Shown: positions 1 through 8,845 of the stretch, piece after piece
Layout: the number at the start of each line of letters is the position of its first letter
How positions within the stretch are numbered: the first letter of the stretch is position 1
Source of the DNA: an uncultured Actinomycetota bacterium
Lineage (GTDB): Bacteria; Actinomycetota; Humimicrobiia; Hakubellales; Hakubellaceae
Reading direction: 5' to 3'
DNA length: 46,891 bases
Assembly (NCBI GenBank): GCA_964469465.1
Contig: CAYYBB010000001.1
Span: 1-46,891 of the forward strand
The notes under the pieces: model-generated
The model's database searches: none
What the model was told of the DNA's origin: nothing
The model's input: only the letters and a program-made list of their open reading frames with translations
Translations under genes and position numbers: made by a program

Positions 1-19
1 GTACATCATTCAGAATTAA

Positions 20-1417
20 TCACAGGGCAAAGACAACCTCAGGGGTGAAAGGCCGGCGTGGAACGAAGCGACCGCGGTCCGGCTTCCCCAAAAACTGGCC
101 ATCTTTGTAGATCACAGCACCCCGTGACAAGGTGGCCTTCACCCGACCCTTGACCGTCAATCCAGCAAAAGGGGTGTAGGCACCTGGCGCCCCGTGCAGC
201 TCTTCATCCCTCAACTTATACTCTCCCCGCGGGTCATAAATTACCACATCGGCATCGGCCCCTACCCATAAAGTGCCCTTACGGGGGTAAAGCCTGAAGA
301 GGCGAGCCGGGTTAGTAGAGAGAAGCTGGGCCAGACGCTGGAGGGAAATCAGTCCCCGATCCACACCATAGGTATAGAGCAAGGGCAAATTCGTCTCCAC
401 CCCCGGAATTCCCTGGGGGGCGTCCAGGAACGAGGTCGCCTGACGCTTCTGATCTCGGGTGTAGCCACAGTGATCAGTGCCAATCACATTGATTCGACCC
501 TCAGCCAAATGCCGCAGCAACCCTTCCCGCTCCTCTGCCGGCCGGAGTGGTGGGGACATGATGAACTCCTCGGGGTGCTCCTCCTCAGCATACCGGCTAT
601 CATCCAGGATCAAATAGTGGGGGCAGCTTTCGGCAATCACGGGGGTGCCTTCCGCCCGAGCCCTGGCCACCAGGTCCACGGCTATACTGGTAGAAAGATG
701 AACCAGATAGAGAGCGCTGTCAGCCTGTTGAGCTAGAAAGATGCCCCGGTTGACCGCCTCTTGCTCTGCCAGAGGGGGGCGGCTTTGGCCGTGGTAGCGA
801 GGTCCCTTCTGGCCCGCCTGGACTAAGGCTGCCCGGCTCCCTTCCAAAAGTGCATCATTTTCAGCATGCATGCAAACCAGGAAACCAGCCTCCCTGGCCT
901 GCTGCAACAGAAGATAAATGACCAGATCATCGCTGTAAAAACCCTCTTTGCGGTAGGTGGTGAAGACCTTGAAGCTGGAAATCCCCATCTCCACCAGTCG
1001 GGGAAGTTCCTTTTCCCGACCCTGGGACAGGTCAGTAACTATGCTGTGTAAACTGTAGTCGATGTGTAGACCAGCCTCGGCTTCTCGCCGTCGTGCCTGC
1101 ACACTTTCTACCAACGAATCACCGGGTCTCTGGGAGGCGTAGTCAATAATGGTAGTCACCCCGCCACAGGCCGCGGCCCGGGTGCCCTGGCAGAAATCAT
1201 CGCCAGTAAGGTAAGAGCCAGAGCGCAAGGCAAAGTGAGTATGTCCATCCACTACGCCCGGCAGGACATAGCATCCCTTAGCATCTATCACTTCATCCTC
1301 GGGCCCGGGTTGAGCAAAAGCCACCATACCGGTGATCTTTTCCCCGGATATGAGCAGGTCTGCCTCCATAAGCCCTTGCTCCATGACCAGGGTCCCACCT
1401 TTGATAATCATTCCCAC
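20..1417 (-). CDS. hydA: Dihydropyrimidinase / D-hydantoinase (cyclic amidohydrolase)
   Basis: PGVVDGHTH metal motif, AACGGVTTIID, SSFKVF (carboxylated Lys), HAEN, GTDHC, NPARLF. Start placed at GTG 1417 (or ATG 1411, overlapping the upstream stop) behind a GGGAG RBS rather than at 1567. Confidence 0.9.
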   Translation of the reverse strand: MGMIIKGGTLVMEQGLMEADLLISGEKITGMVAFAQPGPEDEVIDAKGCYVLPGVVDGHTHFALRSGSYLTGDDFCQGTRAAACGGVTTIIDYASQRPGDSLVESVQARRREAEAGLHIDYSLHSIVTDLSQGREKELPRLVEMGISSFKVFTTYRKEGFYSDDLVIYLLLQQAREAGFLVCMHAENDALLEGSRAALVQAGQKGPRYHGQSRPPLAEQEAVNRGIFLAQQADSALYLVHLSTSIAVDLVARARAEGTPVIAESCPHYLILDDSRYAEEEHPEEFIMSPPLRPAEEREGLLRHLAEGRINVIGTDHCGYTRDQKRQATSFLDAPQGIPGVETNLPLLYTYGVDRGLISLQRLAQLLSTNPARLFRLYPRKGTLWVGADADVVIYDPRGEYKLRDEELHGAPGAYTPFAGLTVKGRVKATLSRGAVIYKDGQFLGKPDRGRFVPRRPFTPEVVFAL

Positions 1418-2178
1418 CGTTTCTCCCCCCATTCCTTCAGCCAGGCACTGAGATCTAATTGGAAAACCCGTTCCAGATCTTGCATTCTCTGGGGGGTAGG
1501 ATAGGCATAGAGACCGGACCGACTGGTCTTCAGTCCCATCTCCACAATGGCTTGCAGGAAACGACACCCTGCCTCGACCGGGTCGACGACGGTAACCTTC
1601 AGACGGTCCTCCAAGACTCTGGCATAACTGGTCAGGCCGGCACAGCCCAGAAGCAAAACCTCCGCTCCTCGTCGCTGCAACTCTCTACCACCTTCTTCCA
1701 ACCTGGTCAGGGTAAGCTCTAGATCTTTCTCAAAGGAGAGAACTGGCATGTCCAGAGCATAGACCCCGGCGGAGCGACTCTCCAGCCCATAAGTCATGAT
1801 CATACTCTCCATGAGATAGACCGCCTTGTCACGTCCAGCCAGAATGCCAAATTTGCCGCCCAAAAGCAGAGCCAGAGAGAGGCTGGCCTCGGCAATCCCC
1901 ACTACAGGCACGGTGGTCACTTCCTTATACATGAAAAGGCCAGGGTCTCCGAAGCAGGCGATGACTATGCCGTCCACCTCAGGGTAGGCCCGGAGAAGAG
2001 GGAGAGTAGCCACGGTGGCCAGGTAATAATCCCGCCACGACTCCAGAGACTCAGGACCGGCCGGGGCCTGAACTACCAGCCCCTCCCAGGGTGGCTGGAA
2101 GACTCGCTCAGCAGTCCTGCGAATGCTGGCAGTCATGCCCCCGGAAGTGTTGGGATTGACGATCAGAGCTTTAGGCAT
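1408..2178 (-). CDS. Hydantoin/allantoin racemase (Asp/Glu/hydantoin racemase family)
   Basis: IVNPNTSGGMT N-terminus, IACFGDPG and LGCAGL two-cysteine catalytic motifs, PVVGIAEAS. Confidence 0.9.
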   Translation of the reverse strand: MPKALIVNPNTSGGMTASIRRTAERVFQPPWEGLVVQAPAGPESLESWRDYYLATVATLPLLRAYPEVDGIVIACFGDPGLFMYKEVTTVPVVGIAEASLSLALLLGGKFGILAGRDKAVYLMESMIMTYGLESRSAGVYALDMPVLSFEKDLELTLTRLEEGGRELQRRGAEVLLLGCAGLTSYARVLEDRLKVTVVDPVEAGCRFLQAIVEMGLKTSRSGLYAYPTPQRMQDLERVFQLDLSAWLKEWGEKRWE

Positions 2179-3028
2179 AGGATTGTTCTCTCCCCAGCGC
2201 CCCCCGGAAGACCTCTATCATTTCCGAAACAGCAAGAACACCCCTGGGAATACCATATTGGCTTAATCTCTGAGCCAGACGGGTAATCTGAGGAGGTTTT
2301 ACATAGGTCTGAGCCAGGATCTCTGGTTCAGAGAAGACCTCTCTGGTCGGCCCGTCCAGCAAGACCCGACCCGTTCCTAAGGCCACCGTCCGCTGGGCAT
2401 ACAGGGCCACGATGGGCATCTCATGGGTAATGATGATGATGGTGTGGCCTTCCTCTGCCCACAATTTCTTAAGGAACTCCATCACTTCTAGAGATTGTCG
2501 GATATCCTGCCCCGTAGTTGGCTCATCGACGATAATGGTCCTGGGCTTGAGAGCCAGGATGGAAGCAATGGCCACTCGTTGGCGCAACCCTTTAGTCAGA
2601 AAAAAGGGGTGAACATCAAAAAGGTCCTCTCCGATACCCGCCACGGCGGCGGCTTCCCTGACCCGTTCCTGAACCTCCTTCTCAGGCAGTCCAATGTTCC
2701 GAGGCCCATAAGAGATCTCTTTGATCACTGAATCGTTGAAGATCTGGTGGTCCGGGTTCTGGAAGACATAGCCGACCTTGGTAACGATCTTCTTGCCGAT
2801 CCCTCGCGAGGCTGTGTTGATCCCCTCAATGATTACAGATCCCCGGGTGGGCTTAAAGAGAGCGTTCAAGCATTTAGCCAGAGTTGTCTTTCCCGAGCCG
2901 TTCTGTCCGATAAAGGCGATGAACTCTTGAGCCCCGATTTCCATGTCAATGCCTGAGAGAGCGACTGTCCCATCAGGATAGACGTAGTGCAAGTCTGAGA
3001 CCTTGATCAGAATTTCGCGATCATTCAT
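2171..3028 (-). CDS. ECF transporter ATPase (EcfA2-like)
   Basis: Walker A GQNGSGKTT, VGYVFQNPDHQ Q-loop, IIVDEPTTGQD. Start at MNDREIL (3028). Confidence 0.9.
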   Translation of the reverse strand: MNDREILIKVSDLHYVYPDGTVALSGIDMEIGAQEFIAFIGQNGSGKTTLAKCLNALFKPTRGSVIIEGINTASRGIGKKIVTKVGYVFQNPDHQIFNDSVIKEISYGPRNIGLPEKEVQERVREAAAVAGIGEDLFDVHPFFLTKGLRQRVAIASILALKPRTIIVDEPTTGQDIRQSLEVMEFLKKLWAEEGHTIIIITHEMPIVALYAQRTVALGTGRVLLDGPTREVFSEPEILAQTYVKPPQITRLAQRLSQYGIPRGVLAVSEMIEVFRGALGREQSYA

Positions 3029-3890
3029 AACCCACGACCTCTCTCTCCAGAACCTCTTTACACAGGACTGCGGCCTGATCAACCTCCAGAGGTAGAGGTC
3101 CACTATATAGTCTCTGCTCCTGGAGCCAGCAAGCAAAAGCGGTCACTTGAGGAGCGTAAACATCATGCCGCTCTAGTAACTCCAAATCGGAGAAGAACTC
3201 CTCAGGCGGGGCGACCATGAGCAACTCCCCATCAACGATGAGCGCCATCATGTCAGAAAGAGGCGCGATCTGCTCGATGTTGTGTTCCACTACGATGAGG
3301 GTCAAAGCCTCCTGCCTTTTGAGGGTTTCTAAAATTTCGAAAATAAAGTCTTTCCCCAGGGGATCAAGCATAGAAGTGGGTTCATCGAGGATAATAATTC
3401 GAGGTTTCAAAGCCATTACGGAGGCGATAGCTACTCGTTGCTTCTGCCCTCCCGAAATTTCATAGGGAGATTTGTCCAACAGGTCTTCAATCATAGTGAT
3501 CTCGGTGACCCAATCCAGTCGCTTCTGGATCTCCTGGAGGCTGAACCCCACATTTTCCATGGCGAAGACTAACTCCTCCTCCACAGTCATGGAGGTGAAC
3601 TGGGCTTCAGGATCAGAGAACACCAAGCCTACTTCCTGGGCCAGCTCCAGCCCGGACTTCTGGCGGATGTCCTTGCCAAAAACCTCCACTGTTCCTCGGA
3701 GCACACCATGGAAACTATGGGGGATAAGACCTTTGATGCAGGAGACGAGACTAGTCTTCCCGGCCTCGTTGGGCCCGACAATGCTCAGGAATGAGTTTTC
3801 TTCAATATTCAGACTTATATCTCTAAGGGCAAACTGGTTACGGCCCTCATATTTCCAACTCAGATCCTTGATAGAAACTGCCAGTGGCAT
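3021..3890 (-). CDS. ECF transporter ATPase (EcfA1-like)
   Basis: GPNEAGKTS, ISGGQKQRVAIA, ILDEPTSMLDP. Start at MPLAVS (3890). Confidence 0.9.
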   Translation of the reverse strand: MPLAVSIKDLSWKYEGRNQFALRDISLNIEENSFLSIVGPNEAGKTSLVSCIKGLIPHSFHGVLRGTVEVFGKDIRQKSGLELAQEVGLVFSDPEAQFTSMTVEEELVFAMENVGFSLQEIQKRLDWVTEITMIEDLLDKSPYEISGGQKQRVAIASVMALKPRIIILDEPTSMLDPLGKDFIFEILETLKRQEALTLIVVEHNIEQIAPLSDMMALIVDGELLMVAPPEEFFSDLELLERHDVYAPQVTAFACWLQEQRLYSGPLPLEVDQAAVLCKEVLEREVVGYE

Positions 3891-3894
3891 TGGC

Positions 3895-4809
3895 TTACCC
3901 CCTCTGGGATGCCAGAGCAAAAAGATAGTGATTAAGAGGCGAATTATCGATACGGAAAAGGCCATAGCGGAACTGTAGGAAAGCTATTCCCACAAAAATG
4001 AGCACCTGAAGTGCGCACAAAAAGGTATCCAAAGGTTTAAATTCATACTGGCTCATGATATAGTCCACCCGACGCCCTCCACCCAGAACTTTACCGGAGT
4101 AGGTATAGCCCCGAGCAAAAAGAGCATTGCTAATCTCGTCAGCGCGCCTGATGGCCAGAGTGAAGAGGGGAATCATGTACATGGCATACAGCTTAGCTCT
4201 ATCCCGCAAAGAGAGGGAAGATTCGTCCAACCCTCGCGCTCGCTCGGCCTCACGGATGGTCCTTAGATCCTGCATAAACATATCTGCGGCCCGCAAAGAG
4301 AGGCTAACAAAGTAAGTAACAGCAAAAGGGACTTTCAGGGCGCGCAAAGCGACTAGAGTGTCCCTCTCTCTGTTAGTGGAAAAGTATTGGATGGTTCCAA
4401 ACAGCATGGCCATGAGTCGAAGGTAGCTTACCACGGTCCAAAACATCCGTTGATAGTACATGGTGATGCCCAGGAACTTGAAAGGAATGTAGGAAGGATC
4501 TTTCCCGGGAAAGATGATGGCCACAGAAAACATAAAGATAGCCACGGTGAAGACTAGAGGCAGATAGATCTTCAGACCAGAGATATTCACCTTACCATAT
4601 TTCATGAGAACCAGAATAAAGATAAACCAGAGAACATTGAGCTCAGGAATGTCGATAAAAAGAGGACCAACCGCCAGCAACACCAGGGAGAACAGTCTGG
4701 TCACCGGATGAAGTCTGTATAAAGGTGATTCCAGGGGTACCACCCCCAGAAGGGTGCGCCTCATCCGCGCAATTGGCCTTGCGGCCTCCTGTTCCACTGC
4801 CATATTCAC
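3895..4809 (-). CDS. ECF transporter transmembrane T component (EcfT/CbiQ family)
   Basis: LYRLHPVTRL N-terminus, two ARG coupling motifs (AERARGL, LFARGY), multiple TM segments. Confidence 0.88.
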   Translation of the reverse strand: MNMAVEQEAARPIARMRRTLLGVVPLESPLYRLHPVTRLFSLVLLAVGPLFIDIPELNVLWFIFILVLMKYGKVNISGLKIYLPLVFTVAIFMFSVAIIFPGKDPSYIPFKFLGITMYYQRMFWTVVSYLRLMAMLFGTIQYFSTNRERDTLVALRALKVPFAVTYFVSLSLRAADMFMQDLRTIREAERARGLDESSLSLRDRAKLYAMYMIPLFTLAIRRADEISNALFARGYTYSGKVLGGGRRVDYIMSQYEFKPLDTFLCALQVLIFVGIAFLQFRYGLFRIDNSPLNHYLFALASQRG

Positions 4810-4840
4810 TACTAAATCCCGCTCCTTTTCTGTTAAGGAA

Positions 4841-4876
4841 AGGAGAGGGCTCTCCTTAAGGAAGAGCCCTCTTCCT
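4841..4876 (-). terminator. Strong intergenic hairpin (partial terminator or mRNA stabiliser after the S-component gene)
   Basis: AGGAGAGGGCTCT...AGAGCCCTCTTCCT inverted repeat; U-tract is weak. Confidence 0.5.
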
Positions 4877-4892
4877 CTAAACTATCTCTCGT

Positions 4893-5513
4893 TTAGGCCC
4901 AGTATCCCTTGCAGAAGGCCTTGGTTCGTACAACCAGGGGGGAGACGAACCTTAACAAAATGGCTCCCAGGATCCAGGAGGCCACGGTGTTCCCCACGAA
5001 CCAGCCAGCAAAGGTTACCAGGTGGGCAGCCGGAGTAATCAGGCCAAAGAGCCGCAACACTGTGGAGCCCCAGGCAGCCCCAAAGATGTTGGCCGCGATG
5101 ATCCCTATCAGAGTAAAGACTACCCAGCTCTTACTGGTCCTCAGGCTGGGATCAGCTTTGAGAAAACGAAAAGCCCAGCCTGCAGCCATAGCCTGGACAA
5201 AGTTGGCCGGGATATAGGCTATGGAGACCGGAAGGGGAGCTGATCCACTCAAGGAGTTAGAGATAATGGGAAAGACAAAAGCAGCAATCCCGCCCCACAT
5301 TCCGTACCAGATGGCACCCACAGCCTGGATGGCCTGGCCAGGCCAGAAAGCAGAAACGAAACCAATCGGGATGGCGAGACTACCAAAAGTGCCCACTACA
5401 ATACCGATGCCTGTAAAGAGGGCTAACATGACAACATGAACGATACCAGGTCGCCTGACTTCCCCCGCCTCCAACTCCCAAACGGAGGCTTCTATTTCTC
5501 TAGCCATTTCCAT
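4893..5513 (-). CDS. Putative ECF substrate-binding S component (~6 TM)
   Basis: 206-aa hydrophobic protein directly upstream of EcfT/A/A'; GAIWYGMWGG and FVGN patterns are typical of S components. Confidence 0.7.
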   Translation of the reverse strand: MEMAREIEASVWELEAGEVRRPGIVHVVMLALFTGIGIVVGTFGSLAIPIGFVSAFWPGQAIQAVGAIWYGMWGGIAAFVFPIISNSLSGSAPLPVSIAYIPANFVQAMAAGWAFRFLKADPSLRTSKSWVVFTLIGIIAANIFGAAWGSTVLRLFGLITPAAHLVTFAGWFVGNTVASWILGAILLRFVSPLVVRTKAFCKGYWA

Positions 5514-5714
5514 TCTCTCCTTTCGCTAAAAAGGGATCATAAAACCTCCTCGACAGAATGCCGCCCTATCTCAAGGTAACACCACCTCCTTCCTTGAACC
5601 CCTTTAGCAAAGCTGGCCCTGTCTGTGAATTGGACTCCAGTTTTCAACTCCAGAGTTACCTCGCCTTCAGGGCTCAATCCCTTGGTAGCAAGGGCCTGCT
5701 CTCACCCGCCTCTG

Positions 5715-6761
5715 CTACCTCATGGTTAAGGCCATGACCGCCTTTTGAACATGCAGCCGGTTCTCTGCCTCATCGAAAACCACTGACTGCGGACCATCAA
5801 TCACCTCATCAGTCACCTCAAAGCCGCGGTCAGCCGGCAGACAGTGCAGGTAAATGGCTCCTTCATCGGCCAGGGCCAAGTGCTCCTTATCACAGATCCA
5901 ATCCTTGTTGGCCTCAAAGATCTCTTTGGCCTTGTCCGGGTTGTCTTCACCTACAGGGGGTTTGAACATAGGGACCGCGGTCCAGGACTTGGGGTAGACC
6001 ACCTGGGCTCCCCTCAGAGCCTCCTCAAAGTCGTTGACGATTTGGAAAGATCCTCCGTAGGTCTGGGCGTTCTTTCGGCAAGCTGCCAGTACCTCTTCAT
6101 CCAGCTCCATGCCCTTGGGATGGGCCAACATCACATCCATACCCATCAAGGTGGCAGCGATTATGGCGCTTTGGGGGACGGCCCTGGGCTTGTGGACACT
6201 GGGACTGTAAGCCCAACTCATAACGAACTTGACTCCCTTGAAGGTACCAAACTTCTCTTGGACGGTCAAGATATCAGCCAGAGCCTGGAAAGGATGGTAC
6301 TTGTCGTCTTCCATATTGAGGACTGGGATATCGGCCCAGTAGGCAAAGTTACGAATAATCTCATTGGCTCCTCCGTATATCCAATCTACTGGATCACCAT
6401 AACAGCGGATGGCGATGGCATGGCCCATGCGCGACAGGACCCGGGCCACATCAGATACCCGCTCTGTAGTGTAGGCCACCTCGCGGCCAGGCAAGGCCGG
6501 GGTGTAGATCTTCTCGGGGTCCAGATAGTGGGCATGACCACCCAACTGGGTCATTCCGGCCTCAAAGGAGTTGCGGGTGCGCAGACTCTGGTTATAGAAG
6601 ATCATGAACAGAGTCTTGGCTCGTAAGAGCTGATCATGGGGTTCGCCAGTGGCGAAGCGGCGCTTAAGGTCCAAGGCCAGGTCGAGGATGGTCTCCGCTT
6701 CTTCCCGGCTGTAGTCCAGCAAAGTGATAAAATCCCGGCCTCTAAAGCTTTCGGTTCTCAT
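5715..6761 (-). CDS. Transcarbamylase, OTCase superfamily, YgeW/N-acyl-ornithine-type (knotted-like)
   Basis: SLRTRNSF carbamoyl-phosphate motif, HPFQALAD, HCLPADRG, EAENRLH. The SWAYSPSVHKPRAVPQS loop and YPKSW resemble YgeW rather than canonical ArgF. Confidence 0.85.
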   Translation of the reverse strand: MRTESFRGRDFITLLDYSREEAETILDLALDLKRRFATGEPHDQLLRAKTLFMIFYNQSLRTRNSFEAGMTQLGGHAHYLDPEKIYTPALPGREVAYTTERVSDVARVLSRMGHAIAIRCYGDPVDWIYGGANEIIRNFAYWADIPVLNMEDDKYHPFQALADILTVQEKFGTFKGVKFVMSWAYSPSVHKPRAVPQSAIIAATLMGMDVMLAHPKGMELDEEVLAACRKNAQTYGGSFQIVNDFEEALRGAQVVYPKSWTAVPMFKPPVGEDNPDKAKEIFEANKDWICDKEHLALADEGAIYLHCLPADRGFEVTDEVIDGPQSVVFDEAENRLHVQKAVMALTMR

Positions 6762-6792
6762 ACTTTCTCCTTTCGACCTTATCTTGCAACAT

Positions 6793-7593
6793 TTATGGGA
6801 AAGAGTGCTGTCTTTTCACGCGCCGAATAATATGGAACTGACAAAACTTGGGAATGAAGTAGTTTAGGGAATACTCTATGACCTGGTTGGCCTCGGAGTA
6901 TAGGAATTCCTCCAGCAAAAGGAGTGGACTCCTGGCCCTCACTGCCAGCTTCTGGGCCAGAAAGTCATCTGCTCCCACCGGCTTAATGTTGGCCCAGGCG
7001 TAGGCCACGAGAAGCTCCTCCTTTTGTACCAGGAAGTCAAGGACTGAACCTTTAAATCCTTTCTGAATTTCCTCCAGAGTGGCCACCTTCTCCGGCACCA
7101 CATCATGCATGTAGGCCATGGGCTCCCCATCGACAACCTTAGTTCGTCTGACTACCACAACGCTGTCTTCCTCATCAATCTCCAGCTTAGCTGCAACGTC
7201 TGCTCCGGCCTGCTCCTGCTCAATCACCAGATCCTGGGTCAGACATTCAAATCCCTTTTTTCTGGCCAGGTTATCGATACTCTCTAGCAACTCAAGCCCA
7301 CTTTCTATCAGAGGCACATGATAACAGACAAAGGTACCGATGCCGTGTTTACGGATGATAATTCCCCTCTCCTCCAGGCTTCGGAGAGCTTCTCGTAGAG
7401 TAGCCCGAGACACACCCAATTTCTGGGCCAATTCCGGCTCGGAAGGAAGTTGATCATCAGGTTTGTAGACCTGTCTGTCCAGGAGTTCGGTCAGAGCCTC
7501 CTGAACCCGGATGTATAAAGGGCGATAGTCCCTTTCGAGATCAGGGATCACTTTCGATTCAGAATTTGTTGTCGGATGTCTGACATTCTCCAT
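6793..7593 (-). CDS. GntR-family regulator, HutC/UTRA subfamily
   Basis: PLYIRV...QLPSEPELAQKLGVSRATLREAL...HGIGTFV winged HTH plus C-terminal UTRA-like domain. Start may be GTG 7551. Confidence 0.9.
   Translation of the reverse strand: MENVRHPTTNSESKVIPDLERDYRPLYIRVQEALTELLDRQVYKPDDQLPSEPELAQKLGVSRATLREALRSLEERGIIIRKHGIGTFVCYHVPLIESGLELLESIDNLARKKGFECLTQDLVIEQEQAGADVAAKLEIDEEDSVVVVRRTKVVDGEPMAYMHDVVPEKVATLEEIQKGFKGSVLDFLVQKEELLVAYAWANIKPVGADDFLAQKLAVRARSPLLLLEEFLYSEANQVIEYSLNYFIPKFCQFHIIRRVKRQHSFP
7570..7585. promoter_or_regulatory. Imperfect palindrome, candidate GntR autoregulatory operator
   Basis: TGTCGGATGTCTGACA just downstream of the predicted promoter. Confidence 0.5.
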
Positions 7594-7599
7594 AAGCTT

Positions 7600-7629
7600 T
7601 TTATATCATCCTTTCTCCCCCTCTGTCAA
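7600..7629 (-). promoter_or_regulatory. Sigma70-type promoter of the GntR/hydantoin operon
   Basis: Minus strand TTGACA-18 nt-TATAAA with TG extended -10. Confidence 0.65.
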
Positions 7630-7663
7630 CTATTTTTCAAAGACTTTTTATTTTAGAGGCTTC

Positions 7664-8479
7664 TCACAGAATACACACAACTCCCGCCTGCCTTCCGGTC
7701 TCCCTTCTGCTCCTGCGAAAGGAAAAGTAGAGATCGTTATGGCAGGCAGTGCAATGACCAAGCGAGACCATTCTAGTCTCTTCGACCCCTTGGATCTTTA
7801 AACTCTCTTTGTTGATCTGTTCCAGATCCAGAAAATAACTCTGTCCGCGCTGGAGAAAACATGAGTGGGAGTGGCGAGGAAATTTCTTGCGGAACTGACC
7901 AAACAGATCTCCATCTACTTGATAACAGCATCCCCTTATGCTCGGCCCGAAGTAAACAGCAAGATCCTCCAGATTGCCCCGGACCTGCCGGCGCATTTGG
8001 CGCAAAATCTTGGCCGACAGCTCGGCATAGGTTCCCTTCCATCCGGCATGGACGATGGCGGCAATCCTTTGGGAAGGACTAACCATGATAATAGGCAGAC
8101 AATCAGCATAGAACATGGCCAGAGGAAGATTTGCTTCCAGGGTAATCATGGCATCTGCCCCAGAGATGGAGCTTTCTTGGCTAAAGGCACCCCTTCCTGC
8201 CCACTCTTTGGTTACCAGAAATACCCGCTCACTATGAACCTGTTCGGCACATGTCAACTGCTGGAGGGGCAGCCTCAAGATATCGAAGAGTTTGCTTCTG
8301 TTTCTCATCACCCGTGCTTCCTCATCACCGACCTTGAAGCTTAAATTTAGAGTTGCATAGCTTCCCTGACTTATACCCCCTAACCTGGTGGTGAAAACCA
8401 CTAGAAGTCCCTCTTCTTCGAGCTTTGGATCCAAGAAGTATCTAATTCCCTCTCTGGTCCTCAGAGTTAGCTCACCCAT
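7664..8479 (-). CDS. pgeF: PgeF/YlmD laccase-like (peptidoglycan editing factor / purine nucleoside phosphorylase-like)
   Basis: FTTRLGG, EQVHS, ADCLPI, HAGWKG, GPSIRGCCY, CTAC...FSFRR; classic position after ftsZ. Start at MGELTL (8479). Confidence 0.9.
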   Translation of the reverse strand: MGELTLRTREGIRYFLDPKLEEEGLLVVFTTRLGGISQGSYATLNLSFKVGDEEARVMRNRSKLFDILRLPLQQLTCAEQVHSERVFLVTKEWAGRGAFSQESSISGADAMITLEANLPLAMFYADCLPIIMVSPSQRIAAIVHAGWKGTYAELSAKILRQMRRQVRGNLEDLAVYFGPSIRGCCYQVDGDLFGQFRKKFPRHSHSCFLQRGQSYFLDLEQINKESLKIQGVEETRMVSLGHCTACHNDLYFSFRRSRRETGRQAGVVCIL

Positions 8480-8629
8480 TACTCTATCCTGAAAAATACT
8501 CCTTTTCATCCTTTGTGGTGCTGCTGTACGTGGCATGAGTGACTTAGAAGTAAATAGAAAATAGATGCCCATTTTTCATCATTCGAGGACCCGGCCCGCG
8601 AATGACAATTATTAGGCATGTGAATATAT

Positions 8630-8658
8630 AAAAAGAAAAGGCGGGATTTCTCCCTGCC
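8630..8658 (-). terminator. Rho-independent terminator downstream of ftsZ
   Basis: Minus strand GGCAGGGA-GAAA-TCCCGCC followed by TTTTCTTTT. Confidence 0.6.
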
Positions 8659-8845
8659 CTAAAATATCAAGAACTAAAGCTAAGCTTCAGCTCCAGTGTC
8701 CAGTAAGACAAACAGGTATGTCGTACTTCCCAAGACTTCTATCGCGTTTTAACCTCTCCAAAACGAATTTGATGGTCATTTCAGTTACCCAAAAAGATGC
8801 CACGCCTTCTAGAACTACTCACCTATTTATGAGACTGTACCCTAG

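Noticed and set aside
5669..5695. GGGCTCAATCCCTTG, resembling part of a Thermus-type CRISPR repeat
   Set aside because: Single occurrence, adequately explained by a small CCCTTG/CAAGGG hairpin after the transcarbamylase stop.
5844..6626. Long plus-strand ORFs antisense to real genes (also 8718-9338, 13180-14037, 17808-18461, 23225-23854, 27854-28390, 42825-43382)
   Set aside because: Shadow frames of well-conserved minus-strand genes, with no motifs or RBS support.
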